Below the pieces are notes generated by a model. It searched no databases, was not told where the DNA came from, and saw nothing but the letters and a program-made list of their open reading frames with translations. From assembly GCA_049512315.1 (NCBI GenBank), contig JBEKXF010000021.1, forward strand, positions 1 to 57,617: DNA of 57,617 nucleotides, in the 5' to 3' direction. Below are positions 39,149-49,511 of this stretch, piece by piece. The first letter of the stretch is position 1, and each line of letters begins with the position of its first letter. Both the position numbers and the translations under genes were made by a program. The DNA is from Candidatus Aminicenantales bacterium. GTDB lineage: Bacteria; Acidobacteriota; Aminicenantia; Aminicenantales; Saccharicenantaceae.

Positions 39149-41041
39149 TTATTTCTCGATCGCGCCGATATCGCCCATCGTGCCGGACGGCCGGGAGTTT
39201 CCCAGCTGGTCCGTTTTGACCAGGCTGAACGGCTTGTCCTTCTTCACTACCGTGATCCGGACGTTATTGCCCAGCGGGCCCGTGGTGAAGGTCCCCCAGA
39301 AATCGTCCCCGAGGATGGCCATGCCGAGCCTGTCGCCGATGGCGATGTCCAGGTTGCGCCAGAAGGTGATCCAGGGTAGGTTCTGGGAATTTGACGGCCA
39401 TGTGACGGCGGGGCCGTACCAGGTCGTCCCGGTCATGTCCCCGAAGCTCGCCCCAAAATCGGCCCCCAGGATCGAGCCGTAGACGGTTCTCAGCTGGAGG
39501 ATGACATAATTCAGGAAATCGTCTGTGCTCAGGCCGAATCCCGTGTATCCGGCGTTCACGTAGGTGATCGTGTAGTCGCCGTTGGGGATTTTGTCCACGG
39601 CCAGGTCGGCCGGGGGATACCACAGGACGGCTGGCTGGCCTGCGTCCGTTCCCGCCGAGATGACGGAGCTTTGAAGGTGCACGTTGCCCAGGTCCAGGGC
39701 CTCGAGAGCCGTCACGCCGTCATGATCGCCCGTTTTGGGCCACCGTTTCCGGCTGGACATCATCCAGTCGGGGACCGGCACGAGGATCTGGCTGAAGTTG
39801 ATGACCCCGACCAGGTTGTAGCCCTGGCTGTAAAAATTGAGGATGGACCCGGCGAACCAGTCCTCGGCCGCCCCGTTGAGGGTGTTGCCGACGACGATCG
39901 AATTCTGGAGAAAGACGTCCTCCACGGTATGGGCGTTGCCGATGGTGGCCGCGACACCGCCGCCGCCCATGTTCAGCTTGCCGCTGAAGATCGCCGGGGG
40001 GCCCGTGACGGCGTTCTCCGCGACCGTCGAGCTGGCCAGCCAAAGGGAGCCGCCGCCCATGTAAATGCCGCCGCCACGATAGTAATATTGCCCGGTTTCT
40101 GGGAGCAAGGGGTTGTCCTCGGCCAGGTTCCGGGCGATCGTGCAATTCGTGAGATACATTGTCGCCAGGTTGTTCGGTCCGCCGGACAGGGTAAAGACGC
40201 CGCCGCCGTAGGCCTGTTGCCCGGAGACGCAGTTCCCGCTGACGGTGCAGCGCGTGAGGGAAGTGTTGTTCCCGCTCCCCCCTGTGTTGTCGGCGCCGCC
40301 GACCGAGTAGATGCCGCCGCCCGCGGCCCCGTAGCCGACGGCCGAATTGCCGCTGATGATGCAGTCCTTGAGGTCAAGGCCGTTGGCGTAGATCCCGCCG
40401 CCTAAAGTACCGCGGTCCCGGCTGGAAACCGTATCCCCGACGCACCGGTTCCCGCTTACGGTGCAGTGGTCGAGGTCCGCTTTCCCCCAGACCGCGAGGC
40501 CGCCGCCGCGGGCCAGGGTGTACGGTTGCGTTCCCGTCGTGATGGCCTCGGCGTTTGAAAAGCCCGACGCGATGGTCACGTTCTTCATGGTCAGATTGCC
40601 GTAAACCGCCAGCACCCGGGCGGGGTTCGCGTCTCCCCCGTCCCATTTGACCGTAATCCCGTTGGTCAGGCCGGAGGCATCGATGACAAGGTTCTTTTCG
40701 GCGTAGAGGGCCGAAGCGCCGTAATCCCGGTCCTGATACGCCTCGAACGTCATTCCGGAATAGACCTCCCCTTTGAGCGTCGAGTGGGCCGAGCTCACGA
40801 TCGAGAGGAGGATCGTTCCGCCGTTGAGTGCGGAATCGAAGGTGATCGTTTCGCCCGAGGCGGCCTGTTCAATGGCCGACCGGAGGGTCACCGTGCCGCT
40901 CGGAGGGGTCGCGACATCGTCAAGGGAATTGACGACGAGCTTCGAAGCTTTCTGGTCACCGTTCGAGCTGCAGCCGCTCCCGGCCAGAAGAACCGCGCCC
41001 AGCAGAACGATCCAAGGCATGATGTGAGAATGTCTCGTCAT
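39149..41041 (-). CDS. Lipoprotein with right-handed beta-helix repeats (choice-of-anchor Q-like C-terminus)
   Basis: Lipobox-like GSGC; VVNSLDD...TLRSAI start; repeated GGG(I/V)(Y/F) and CT(V/I)SGN units; ends TDQLGNSRP...DIGAIE. Confidence 0.8.
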   Translation of the reverse strand: MTRHSHIMPWIVLLGAVLLAGSGCSSNGDQKASKLVVNSLDDVATPPSGTVTLRSAIEQAASGETITFDSALNGGTILLSIVSSAHSTLKGEVYSGMTFEAYQDRDYGASALYAEKNLVIDASGLTNGITVKWDGGDANPARVLAVYGNLTMKNVTIASGFSNAEAITTGTQPYTLARGGGLAVWGKADLDHCTVSGNRCVGDTVSSRDRGTLGGGIYANGLDLKDCIISGNSAVGYGAAGGGIYSVGGADNTGGSGNNTSLTRCTVSGNCVSGQQAYGGGVFTLSGGPNNLATMYLTNCTIARNLAEDNPLLPETGQYYYRGGGIYMGGGSLWLASSTVAENAVTGPPAIFSGKLNMGGGGVAATIGNAHTVEDVFLQNSIVVGNTLNGAAEDWFAGSILNFYSQGYNLVGVINFSQILVPVPDWMMSSRKRWPKTGDHDGVTALEALDLGNVHLQSSVISAGTDAGQPAVLWYPPADLAVDKIPNGDYTITYVNAGYTGFGLSTDDFLNYVILQLRTVYGSILGADFGASFGDMTGTTWYGPAVTWPSNSQNLPWITFWRNLDIAIGDRLGMAILGDDFWGTFTTGPLGNNVRITVVKKDKPFSLVKTDQLGNSRPSGTMGDIGAIEK

Positions 41042-41264
41042 GAATCCTCCTACGAGCCGGTGGGGCTATTATAGGCGGAAGGTCATCGCATATACAAACC
41101 GGCCCGGCCATGGGCGGAGATGGGGAAAGGGTGCCGGCGGGGTCTCCTGACAAATCGACGTTGCGTTGTCACGGACAGAGATTGAGTCGGGCGGAAGCGT
41201 TGGGAAGTGGAATGGACAGCGTCCGGGCCGAAGCCTAACGTTGGGGGGAGCGGGTTTCTTTTGG

Positions 41265-41340
<76 letters not shown>

Positions 41341-41355
41341 ACCGAGGTGAAGTCC

Positions 41356-41384
41356 ATCTTACACAAGCGGCCCTTATCCGTCAA
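41356..41384 (-). promoter_or_regulatory. Sigma70-type promoter for tRNA-Ala
   Basis: TTGACG-N17-TAAGAT ending 15 nt before the tRNA 5' end. Confidence 0.65.
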
Positions 41385-41426
41385 GGCAGGACGGCGCGGC
41401 TGGGAGAGCCGGCCGCTTTCTTAGAG

Positions 41427-43832
41427 TCAACGGCCCGTCAGCCACTCGAAATTGGGGTTGGCCACGACCCGCAGAGGTTTCTTCGGCAGTGCGATCTCTC
41501 CCTGGATCGGAACGGAGCGGTTCCCGGTGACGGTCGCCTGGGCGAATCTCACGAGCCGGTCCTTGTCAAATTCGAAATACGCCGGGATGACGCTCCGGAA
41601 ATCGTCGGGGACGCCGGACTGGGCGATGCTCCCCGCGAGCCGGTATCGGCCATGTCCGATGTCCTCGACGTGTACGGACGATTCGATCTTCGGCAGCGCC
41701 GTGCCGTCGATCCACTCGCGGAAAAACCAGCCCATGTTCCCCGTGAAGGGCGCCGGAGCGTCGCGTTCGACGATCGCCTGGAAATCTCTGGTCGTGGGAT
41801 TCCGGCCGGCCCAGGTCTCGATGAAATCTTTCATCATAGCGACGAACCGGTGGTCGTGGTCGGGGTTCTTCGAATCCCAGAACAGGCCACGCAGCATATG
41901 GGCGACAAACGCCCCCTTGCGATAGACGATGGCGCTGTAGGCCTGCGGCGTCTCCTTCGCCATCAAACGGGGTCCCAAGGAGATCGGGCCGGCCTCCCAG
42001 TTGGCGCAGACGGAGTGACGCGGCGTGTCCAGGATGACCTTTCTCGCCCTTTCCCAGTAATTCCGGAACTCGTTCGCACCCTGGGCCCGCTCGACCACAA
42101 GACTGACGGTGAATTCCGCGAGCCCCTCTTCGAGCCAGACATCCCGGTAGGTCGCCGACCCGACCCGGTGCCCCCACCACTGGTGCGCGAATTCGTGGGG
42201 CGTTACCTCCTCGACGAAGGACTTGGCGTCGTAAAGCCCGAGTTCCGCCCGGGTGACCCAGTCAAGGAACGCCATGTAGGGAATATAGATGAGCGTCGGC
42301 CAGCTCTGTCCGAAATTCCATTCGGTCTGCTGCGTCACGGCGATATCGTTCTGTGGCAAGGCGCCGAAATAGAGCGTGCCGACCCTGGCCGTGTTGAGGC
42401 TGTCGGCCAGGGTGTCCTGGGCCATGGATACGGGATCGAAATGGATGGTCGGGAGCAGATCTTGCAATTGTTTGACGAAGTTGGGCAGGCCCGGATTCGT
42501 ATAGACCCGGACCTTGACCCCCGACTCCGGGTCATCCCGCTCGATGAGCCGGAAGTCGCCGTAATTGAAGCCGGCGGCGCGGACTGGCCGCCCGGACGTA
42601 TATCGGTAAACCGCGAAATCCCCGTCCGTTGTCGACTCGACGAGTTTCCCCACCGAAACGATCTGCCGCTTCTTCGGGATCCGGTACTTGAGGTCGTAGA
42701 CGGCCCAGTCTCGCATCCCGTTCAGGTCCGGGTACCAGTTCTGACGCGCGCCGACATAGTAATTGTTCTCGCCGGCGTCATGGAGGACGTCCTCGCCTTG
42801 ATAGTCCGCGGTGATTTCCGCCTCCTCGCCTGACGCCAGAGGGCCCGGAAGGATCACGACGACGGGGTCTTCGCTCTTGTCGTTCCCCTGGATGAAGCTG
42901 ACGGCGGCGGCCGGGGCATCTCCCCGCTTGAGCTGCACCGCCGACAGCCGGAGTTTTGCGAAGAGGTTCAAGGGGACCACGCGGACGCCGGACCGGGCGC
43001 AGCACAGGCGAAGCGTCGTCCGGCCTTCAATATCCGTGTTCTTGCGGATCGTCGTGTCCACGGAATAATGAAGGGCATCGAGGTCCGGCGTTTCCGGGGC
43101 CGGGGGAAGCGCCGATGCCGCGAGGGGCCTTTCGCTGTACCAGCATCCCCCCCTCTCCTCGTGGATCACGATCAGGGCGGTCGTTTCCGCGCCGCTGTCC
43201 GTCTCCAGCCATGTCCGGTCCAGTCCGTTCGGGGAGAACACAGCGATCGCCGGGGGGAGTTTGTCGGCGTCGAAACAGGCCAGAAAAAGCCCCCGCGCGG
43301 CGGGCGCCTCCTCGAGGAGATCCGGCAGGAGCCTCAACCGGAGGTCGGCGTGAAGGTCCTTCTCCGGCTTGTTCAAAATCCGGTGATAGACGGAGGCCAA
43401 TTTGCTCTCGTCCTCCTGGGCCGGCCGGCCGGGTGCGAGAAGCTGCTTCTCAGATCCGTCGGTAAAAAGGAAGACGGCCTCTTCAAAGGAAGCGGAAAGG
43501 AGCTGAAGGTCCTTTTGCCTGGAGCGCAGGGATAGCAGCCGGCGTTCGTTCTCGGTGGCGGGCTTGAGTTCGAAGCGACCCCGCCCCCTGAAAACGCCCC
43601 CGACGATTCGCCCGGAAATCTCGGGCAGAGGAAAAAAGGCGCCGGAATCCAGATAGAAGGTGAACGCGTCCCGCACCAGGACCACTCCGCTGACCTGGCT
43701 GCCCGGATTCTTTGGCCGGGCCGAAACCAACGCGTCCCAGGCCTCGGAGCCGGGACCGGCCGCGTGACATAAAGCCGAAAGCCAAAGGATCATGACCACG
43801 GCAAAGCCGAAGGTTTTGGCCCGCTCTTGCAC
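41427..43832 (-). CDS. Secreted M1 family (gluzincin) metallopeptidase
   Basis: HEFAHQWWG...WLEEGLAE (HExxH-x18-E), VYRKGA; GQSWP replaces GAMEN. Start placed at GTG 43832. Confidence 0.9.
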   Translation of the reverse strand: MQERAKTFGFAVVMILWLSALCHAAGPGSEAWDALVSARPKNPGSQVSGVVLVRDAFTFYLDSGAFFPLPEISGRIVGGVFRGRGRFELKPATENERRLLSLRSRQKDLQLLSASFEEAVFLFTDGSEKQLLAPGRPAQEDESKLASVYHRILNKPEKDLHADLRLRLLPDLLEEAPAARGLFLACFDADKLPPAIAVFSPNGLDRTWLETDSGAETTALIVIHEERGGCWYSERPLAASALPPAPETPDLDALHYSVDTTIRKNTDIEGRTTLRLCCARSGVRVVPLNLFAKLRLSAVQLKRGDAPAAAVSFIQGNDKSEDPVVVILPGPLASGEEAEITADYQGEDVLHDAGENNYYVGARQNWYPDLNGMRDWAVYDLKYRIPKKRQIVSVGKLVESTTDGDFAVYRYTSGRPVRAAGFNYGDFRLIERDDPESGVKVRVYTNPGLPNFVKQLQDLLPTIHFDPVSMAQDTLADSLNTARVGTLYFGALPQNDIAVTQQTEWNFGQSWPTLIYIPYMAFLDWVTRAELGLYDAKSFVEEVTPHEFAHQWWGHRVGSATYRDVWLEEGLAEFTVSLVVERAQGANEFRNYWERARKVILDTPRHSVCANWEAGPISLGPRLMAKETPQAYSAIVYRKGAFVAHMLRGLFWDSKNPDHDHRFVAMMKDFIETWAGRNPTTRDFQAIVERDAPAPFTGNMGWFFREWIDGTALPKIESSVHVEDIGHGRYRLAGSIAQSGVPDDFRSVIPAYFEFDKDRLVRFAQATVTGNRSVPIQGEIALPKKPLRVVANPNFEWLTGR

Positions 43833-43984
43833 TCTGAAAATGTAATGCCGCCCGGCGATGGATGTCAAGATGACTTTGTCGGGGCCCGAAGGGTCTTCGT
43901 GTGTCTATCAAATCCATCGACAAGTTCATGTTTTTTATCAATAATAAGGGCAAGGCCGATCAGCTCGAACGAGGAGGTGTCCCC

Positions 43985-46657
43985 GTGAGTTTGCCCTCTA
44001 AATCCAGGATTTTCAGTTTCTCTGGATTCGCTCTTCTGGCGTTCGCCGGATTGATCTCCGCAGCGTATCTGCCCGCGGCCGAGACCTCCGGGCCCCAGGC
44101 GCCCACGGGCCTGCGCTGCGAATACCTGGAGAACCCGATGGGTGTCGACGTCAGGCAGCCGCGCTTCTTCTGGGTCCTCGAGCATTCCGAGCGCGGCCAG
44201 GCCCAGTCCGGCTATCAGGTCCTCGTGTCCTCCGACCCCGCAGCCGCGGCAGGCGACGTCTGGGACAGCGGCAAGGTCGCCTCGGCCAGGTCCACGCAGG
44301 TCGTTTATGCGGGCAAAGCCCTGGAAAGCGGAAAGACCTATTTCTGGAAGGTCCAGTATTGGGACAAAGACGGGAAGGACAGCGCCTGGAGCGATCCGGC
44401 GCGTTTCGACACCGGGCTTTTCGACCGGTCCGAATGGAAGGGCAGCTGGATCGGAGGCAGGAACCAGCTCCGGAAGGAATTCGCCCTCAACGGAAAGGTG
44501 AAGCGGGCCCGGGCCTACGTCTGCGGCCTCGGCTATCACGAGCTCCGCGTCAACGGGAGGAAGGCCGGGGGGCACGTCCTCGACCCGGGGTGGACGACCT
44601 ACGACAAGCGCGTCCTATACGTGATCTACGACGTGACGAACGCCCTGCGCCAGGGGCCGAATGCGGTCGGCGTCCTCCTCGGGAACGGCAAGTACGGTTC
44701 GCGGGCCCTGCTCGTCCAGATCAACGTCGAGCTCGAGGACGGGACGCGGACGAGCGTCGTCAGCGACGCCTCGTGGAAGGCGGCCAACGGCCCCATCCTG
44801 GAGGATAGCGTCTACAACGGCGAAACCTATGACGCCCGCCTCGAGACTCCGGGATGGGACAGGCCGGCGTTCGACGACAAGGCCTGGGGGACTGTCGAAG
44901 CCGCGAAAGCCCCGGCCGGGGTCCTTTCGGCCCAGATGATGCCGGCCATCCAGGTCGTGGACACCATCCTCCCGCTCAAGATAACCAATCCCCAGCCGGA
45001 TGTTTATGTCTTCGACATGGGCCAGAATTTCAGCGGCTGGGCCCGGCTCAGGGTCAAGGGCCCGCGCGGCACGGACGTCCGGATGAGATTCGCGGAGATC
45101 CTCTACGACAACGGCATGGTCAACCGGGAGAACCTCCGCGCCGCCCGGGCCGAGGACCACTACGTCCTGAAGGGCGAAGGGGAGGAAACGTGGGAGCCGC
45201 GCTTCACCTACCACGGCTTCCGCTACGTCGAGCTCACGGGCTTCCCCGGGACGCCGATGCCGGATTCGGTCCGGGGCCGGGTCGTCCACTCGGCCGTGAG
45301 GCCCATCGGCAGCTTCGTCGCCTCAAAGGACATCCTCAACCGGCTCCAGCGGATCATCACCTGGGGTCAGAAGACGAACCTCCACAGCATCCCGACCGAC
45401 TGCGACCAGAGGGACGAGCGGATGGGCTGGATGGGCGACGCCCAGGGGACGGCCGAAGAGGCCATGATGAACTTTGATATGGCCGCCTTCTACACGAACT
45501 TCGTCCGCGACATCCGCGACGTCCAGGACGAGAAGGGACGGCTCGCGGATACGGTTCCTCACATCTGGGGCGGTGAGCGGGCCGACCCCGCTTGGGCCAC
45601 GGCCTATCCGCTGCTCTGCTGGTACATGTACCAGTATTACGGTGACACGCGCGTCCTCGAGGAACAGTACGACGGGCTTAAGAAATATGTCGAGTTCCTG
45701 AGGAGCCAGGCCGAGAATGGGCTCGTCAAGTTCAGCTCGTACGGCGACTGGGTGGCCCTCGAGAAATGCCCGGGGGCTATCGTTTCGTCATTCTACTATT
45801 TCTACGACGTGAAGATCCTGGCGGATGCGGCCCGGGCCCTGGGGAAGAGCCAGGACGCGGCGCTTTACGACAGGCTGGCCGGGGATATCCGGACGGCCTT
45901 CAACCGCGAATACTACAATCCGAAGACCGGAGACTACGCCGACGGGACTCAGACGGCCAACACCCTGCCGCTCTTCCTCGGGATCGCGACGGACAAGGAG
46001 GGCGGCGCCTCGGGCCGGCTCTTCGACGACATCGTCTACAAGCACAACTCGCATTTGACGACGGGGATCATCGGCACCAAATACATCATGGAGCTCCTGA
46101 CGCGGAACGGGAACGCCGACCTCGCTTATGACATCGCGGTCCAGACGACCTACCCGAGCTGGGGCTACATGATCGAGAACGGGGCGACGACGCTCTGGGA
46201 GCTCTGGCAGAAGCGCGAAGGGCCGTCCATGAACTCCCACAACCACCCGATGTTCGGGAGCGTCGGGGCGTGGCTCTACAAGGCCCTGGCGGGGATCAAC
46301 CTGGCCCCGGGAAGCGTCGGATTCGAGAAGATCCTCATTCAGCCTCAAATGGTCAGGGACCTGCGGCACGCGTCGGGATCCGTCCAGACCCTGCGGGGCG
46401 AAGTGGGCTGCACCTGGTCGCGGACGGACCGGAGCGTCCGAGTCGAGGCCGTTGTTCCGGTGGGGTCGGCGGCCGAGATCGTCATCCCCAAGTTCAACCT
46501 GCGGAACGTCCGGGTGACGGAAGGCGGGAAGACGCTCTGGGAGAACGGCCGGTTCGTGACGGGCGTCGAGGGAGCGGACGAGGCCGCCGACAAGGACGGC
46601 GCGGTCCGGATCAAGACCGGCTCTGGCCGTTACATTTTCGTCCTCGAGGGCGATTAA
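43985..46657 (+). CDS. GH78 alpha-L-rhamnosidase
   Basis: LRCEYLENP, DMGQNFSGW, FTYHGFRYV, IPTDCDQRDERMGWMGD, GATTLWE, NSHNHPMFG; GTG after GAGGAGG. Confidence 0.95.
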   Translation: MSLPSKSRIFSFSGFALLAFAGLISAAYLPAAETSGPQAPTGLRCEYLENPMGVDVRQPRFFWVLEHSERGQAQSGYQVLVSSDPAAAAGDVWDSGKVASARSTQVVYAGKALESGKTYFWKVQYWDKDGKDSAWSDPARFDTGLFDRSEWKGSWIGGRNQLRKEFALNGKVKRARAYVCGLGYHELRVNGRKAGGHVLDPGWTTYDKRVLYVIYDVTNALRQGPNAVGVLLGNGKYGSRALLVQINVELEDGTRTSVVSDASWKAANGPILEDSVYNGETYDARLETPGWDRPAFDDKAWGTVEAAKAPAGVLSAQMMPAIQVVDTILPLKITNPQPDVYVFDMGQNFSGWARLRVKGPRGTDVRMRFAEILYDNGMVNRENLRAARAEDHYVLKGEGEETWEPRFTYHGFRYVELTGFPGTPMPDSVRGRVVHSAVRPIGSFVASKDILNRLQRIITWGQKTNLHSIPTDCDQRDERMGWMGDAQGTAEEAMMNFDMAAFYTNFVRDIRDVQDEKGRLADTVPHIWGGERADPAWATAYPLLCWYMYQYYGDTRVLEEQYDGLKKYVEFLRSQAENGLVKFSSYGDWVALEKCPGAIVSSFYYFYDVKILADAARALGKSQDAALYDRLAGDIRTAFNREYYNPKTGDYADGTQTANTLPLFLGIATDKEGGASGRLFDDIVYKHNSHLTTGIIGTKYIMELLTRNGNADLAYDIAVQTTYPSWGYMIENGATTLWELWQKREGPSMNSHNHPMFGSVGAWLYKALAGINLAPGSVGFEKILIQPQMVRDLRHASGSVQTLRGEVGCTWSRTDRSVRVEAVVPVGSAAEIVIPKFNLRNVRVTEGGKTLWENGRFVTGVEGADEAADKDGAVRIKTGSGRYIFVLEGD

Positions 46658-46743
46658 TTTCGGTAACACATAACTTATTACTGAAATTATCGAAAAGCTG
46701 ATCTGCTTAATAATTAAGGGATTTAGTTGTGTGTCACCGAATT
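46657..46743. repeat. 87-bp AT-rich inverted-repeat element, copy B
   Basis: Left arm ATTTCGGTAACACATAACTTATTAC; right arm holds AGTTGTGTGTCACCGAA (46725-46741), identical to 17442-17458. Confidence 0.8.
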
Positions 46744-46774
46744 AGAACAGAATGAGATTAAAAGGAGGCTAGGC

Positions 46775-47287
46775 ATGGAGTTTCAGGAGCTCATAAAGAA
46801 GAGATACAGCGTTCGTGCCTATAGGTCTGACCCGGTTGAAGAGGAGAAACTGGCCAGGGTCCTCGAGGCCGCCCGCCTGGCGCCGACCGCGGCCAATCGC
46901 CAGGCCTTCCGCGTCCTGGTCATCCGGACGAAGGGGCGGGAGGAGGAACTGCGACGCATCTATGGACGCAACTGGTTCACCCAGGCGCCCCTCGTCCTGG
47001 CGGTCTGCGCCCTGCCGGGCGATGGCTGGGTCAGGAAAGCCGACGCCTGGAACGCTGCCGAGGTCGACGCGACGATCGCCATGACCCATCTCGTCCTGGC
47101 CGCCGCCGACGAAGGCCTGGGAACGTGCTGGATCGCGGCCTTCGACCCGGGGGCGGCCCGCGAAGTCCTGGGATTGCCCGGGGGCGTGGTCCCCTCGGCG
47201 TTCACGCCCCTGGGTTATCCCACCGATTCCCGTCCTCCGAAAAAGCGCAAGCCCATCAGCGAGCTCGTCCGTCACGATCGCTGGTGA
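46775..47287 (+). CDS. Nitroreductase family protein
   Basis: RYSVRAY, ARLAPTAANRQ, GLGTCWI, LGYP; RBS AAGGAGG. Confidence 0.95.
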   Translation: MEFQELIKKRYSVRAYRSDPVEEEKLARVLEAARLAPTAANRQAFRVLVIRTKGREEELRRIYGRNWFTQAPLVLAVCALPGDGWVRKADAWNAAEVDATIAMTHLVLAAADEGLGTCWIAAFDPGAAREVLGLPGGVVPSAFTPLGYPTDSRPPKKRKPISELVRHDRW

Positions 47288-47376
47288 GGCCGGCTCCCCC
47301 CGGACGAGGGGTCATCTTAGATGAGCCGTATTCCAGTCCGCTCTAGCGGCTAGCCTTGGAAGTTCCCATCGTTCCC

Positions 47377-47405
47377 TTGAAAAACGGCAACGAAGGCGAT
47401 AAACT
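47377..47405 (+). promoter_or_regulatory. Sigma70-type promoter for the GWxTD gene pair
   Basis: TTGAAA-N17-TAAACT. Confidence 0.5.
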
Positions 47406-47441
47406 GAAAATTCAAGAGTCAGTCCTGAGAAAGAGCTGCCC

Positions 47442-49511
47442 ATGAAAGCCCGTTTCCTCTTTTTGTCCCTCGTTTCTCTCCTGGCGGCCTTCCCGGCCGT
47501 GGCCGGCGGGGTCAGCGTCAAGGACCTCCCGCCCTACTACCGGAAGTGGCTCCAGGAGGAGGTTGTTTACATTATCTCCCCCAAGGAAAAGGACGTCTTC
47601 CTCCAGCTGACGACCGACCACGAACGGGAGCTCTTCATCGAGGCCTTCTGGAAGGCGAGGAACCCGGACCCGGCCGCCGCGGAGAATGCCTTCAAGAAGG
47701 AGCATTACCGCCGGATCCAGTACGCCAATCTGTGGTACGGGCGGGGCCTTGCCGCAGGCGGCTGGCGCTCCGACATGGGACGCGTGTACATCATCCTGGG
47801 CGAACCGAAGCAGATCCAAAAGTTCGAGAACGAGCAATCAGTCTACCCGATAATCATATGGTTCTACGAGGGGATGGCCGAGTACGGGCTCCCCAATGCG
47901 TTCAATGTCGTCTTTTTCAAGAACTACGGGGCGGGGGACTACATCCTCTATTCTCCCGTCCGGGACGGCCCCCAGAAGTTGATGCCAAACTACGCCGGCG
48001 ATCAGACGGATTACCTCCAGGCCTTCGCCTCATTGCAGAATATCGACCCGAACATCGCCGAGGTCTCGCTGACGCTCATCCCGAATGATTACTTCATCGG
48101 GATGAACCCCTCCATCGCGTCCGACATCCTCATCGGGAAACAGATCCCGGCCGCCGCGTACGAAAAGGTCAAGAGTGAATACGCGGAGAAGCTCCTCAAG
48201 TACAAGGATGTGATCGATGTGGAGTACACGGCCAACTACATCTCCAGCGACGCCCTGGTCCAAGTCTTCAGGGACGAGGCGGGCGGGGCCTTCGTCCACT
48301 ACCTCATCGAGCCCTCCAAGTTCACCATCGAGCAGTTCGAGGGCGTCTATCGGACGATCCTCAATGTCAACGGCATCGTCTCGGATGCCAAGGGGAACAC
48401 GGTCTATCAGTTCGACCGATCCATCCCCCTCGAGTTCAACCTGGACCAATTCGCCAAGATCAAGGACCGTCTGGTCTCCTTTGAGGATATCTTCCCTCTC
48501 GTCGACGGCGACTACAAGCTCAGCGTGCTCTGGAAGAACACGGTCTCCAAGGAATTCACGTCGGTCGAAGCAACGCTCAGGGTCCCCCCGGCCGGGACCC
48601 TCACGATGAGCTCGCCGCTCCTCGCGAACAGGGTCGTCCGGAATCCCGAATTCCTGACCAAAACCAAGCCGTTCACGGCCGGCGGCATTGAGCTCATGGC
48701 CTCGCCGCGGAATGATTTTGCCGCTCCGGACATAATGTCGATCTACTTCCAGCTCGACGGCCTGACCGACGGCATCAAGAAAGCCGGGAGGCTGGAGTTC
48801 ACGATCACGAAGGAGGAACAGGCTTTCAAGTCCTTCACCAAGGCCCTCAAGGAATACGGGGACCCGGGCCGTATTCTCGAGGACGTCCCCCTGGCCGATT
48901 TCCCACCCGCGTATTACACGGTGAAGGTGGCCCTCTTCGACGCGAACAAAACAGAGCTCGTATCCGGAAAAGCATCGTTTTATATCACCCCCAACAAGTC
49001 CGTTCCCCGGCCCTGGATCCTCTATGCCCCGCTCCCCCCTCCGGGAGACCCCTATTTCGCGAATGCCCGGGGCATGCAGTACCTCCGCCTCCAGGACCTC
49101 GGGAAAGCCCGGCCGCTCCTCGAGGACGCGTACCGTAGGGAGCCCGACTCGGTCGAGTTCGCCCTCGACTTCTGCCGGGCCCTTTTTGCCGCCAAGGACT
49201 ATGAAGGTCTCAAGAAAGTCGCCCTGCCGTTCTACGCGGAACGGAAAAAATACGAATTCGCCCAGTTCCTCGGCGAGTCCTCCCAGGCGTTGGGGGATTA
49301 TGCCCAGGCCATCGTCTATTACAAGGATTACCTGAGCTCCTTCGGGACAAACCTCCATGTCCTCAATGCCGTCGGCGAGTGCTATTTCAGGGCCGGGGAC
49401 ATCCCCCAGGCGCTGACGGCCTGGAAAAAATCCCTGGAGATCAACCCCAAACAGGACGAGCTCAGGAAGCGGGTCGACGAGGTCCAGGGGAAGGTCAAGG
49501 AGAAGCGATGA
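47442..49511 (+). CDS. GWxTD domain protein with C-terminal TPR repeats
   Basis: Signal peptide; KWLQEEVVYII, FIEAFWKARNP, EHYRRIQYAN, GWRSDMGRVYIILGEP; TPR-like tail. Confidence 0.9.
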   Translation: MKARFLFLSLVSLLAAFPAVAGGVSVKDLPPYYRKWLQEEVVYIISPKEKDVFLQLTTDHERELFIEAFWKARNPDPAAAENAFKKEHYRRIQYANLWYGRGLAAGGWRSDMGRVYIILGEPKQIQKFENEQSVYPIIIWFYEGMAEYGLPNAFNVVFFKNYGAGDYILYSPVRDGPQKLMPNYAGDQTDYLQAFASLQNIDPNIAEVSLTLIPNDYFIGMNPSIASDILIGKQIPAAAYEKVKSEYAEKLLKYKDVIDVEYTANYISSDALVQVFRDEAGGAFVHYLIEPSKFTIEQFEGVYRTILNVNGIVSDAKGNTVYQFDRSIPLEFNLDQFAKIKDRLVSFEDIFPLVDGDYKLSVLWKNTVSKEFTSVEATLRVPPAGTLTMSSPLLANRVVRNPEFLTKTKPFTAGGIELMASPRNDFAAPDIMSIYFQLDGLTDGIKKAGRLEFTITKEEQAFKSFTKALKEYGDPGRILEDVPLADFPPAYYTVKVALFDANKTELVSGKASFYITPNKSVPRPWILYAPLPPPGDPYFANARGMQYLRLQDLGKARPLLEDAYRREPDSVEFALDFCRALFAAKDYEGLKKVALPFYAERKKYEFAQFLGESSQALGDYAQAIVYYKDYLSSFGTNLHVLNAVGECYFRAGDIPQALTAWKKSLEINPKQDELRKRVDEVQGKVKEKR

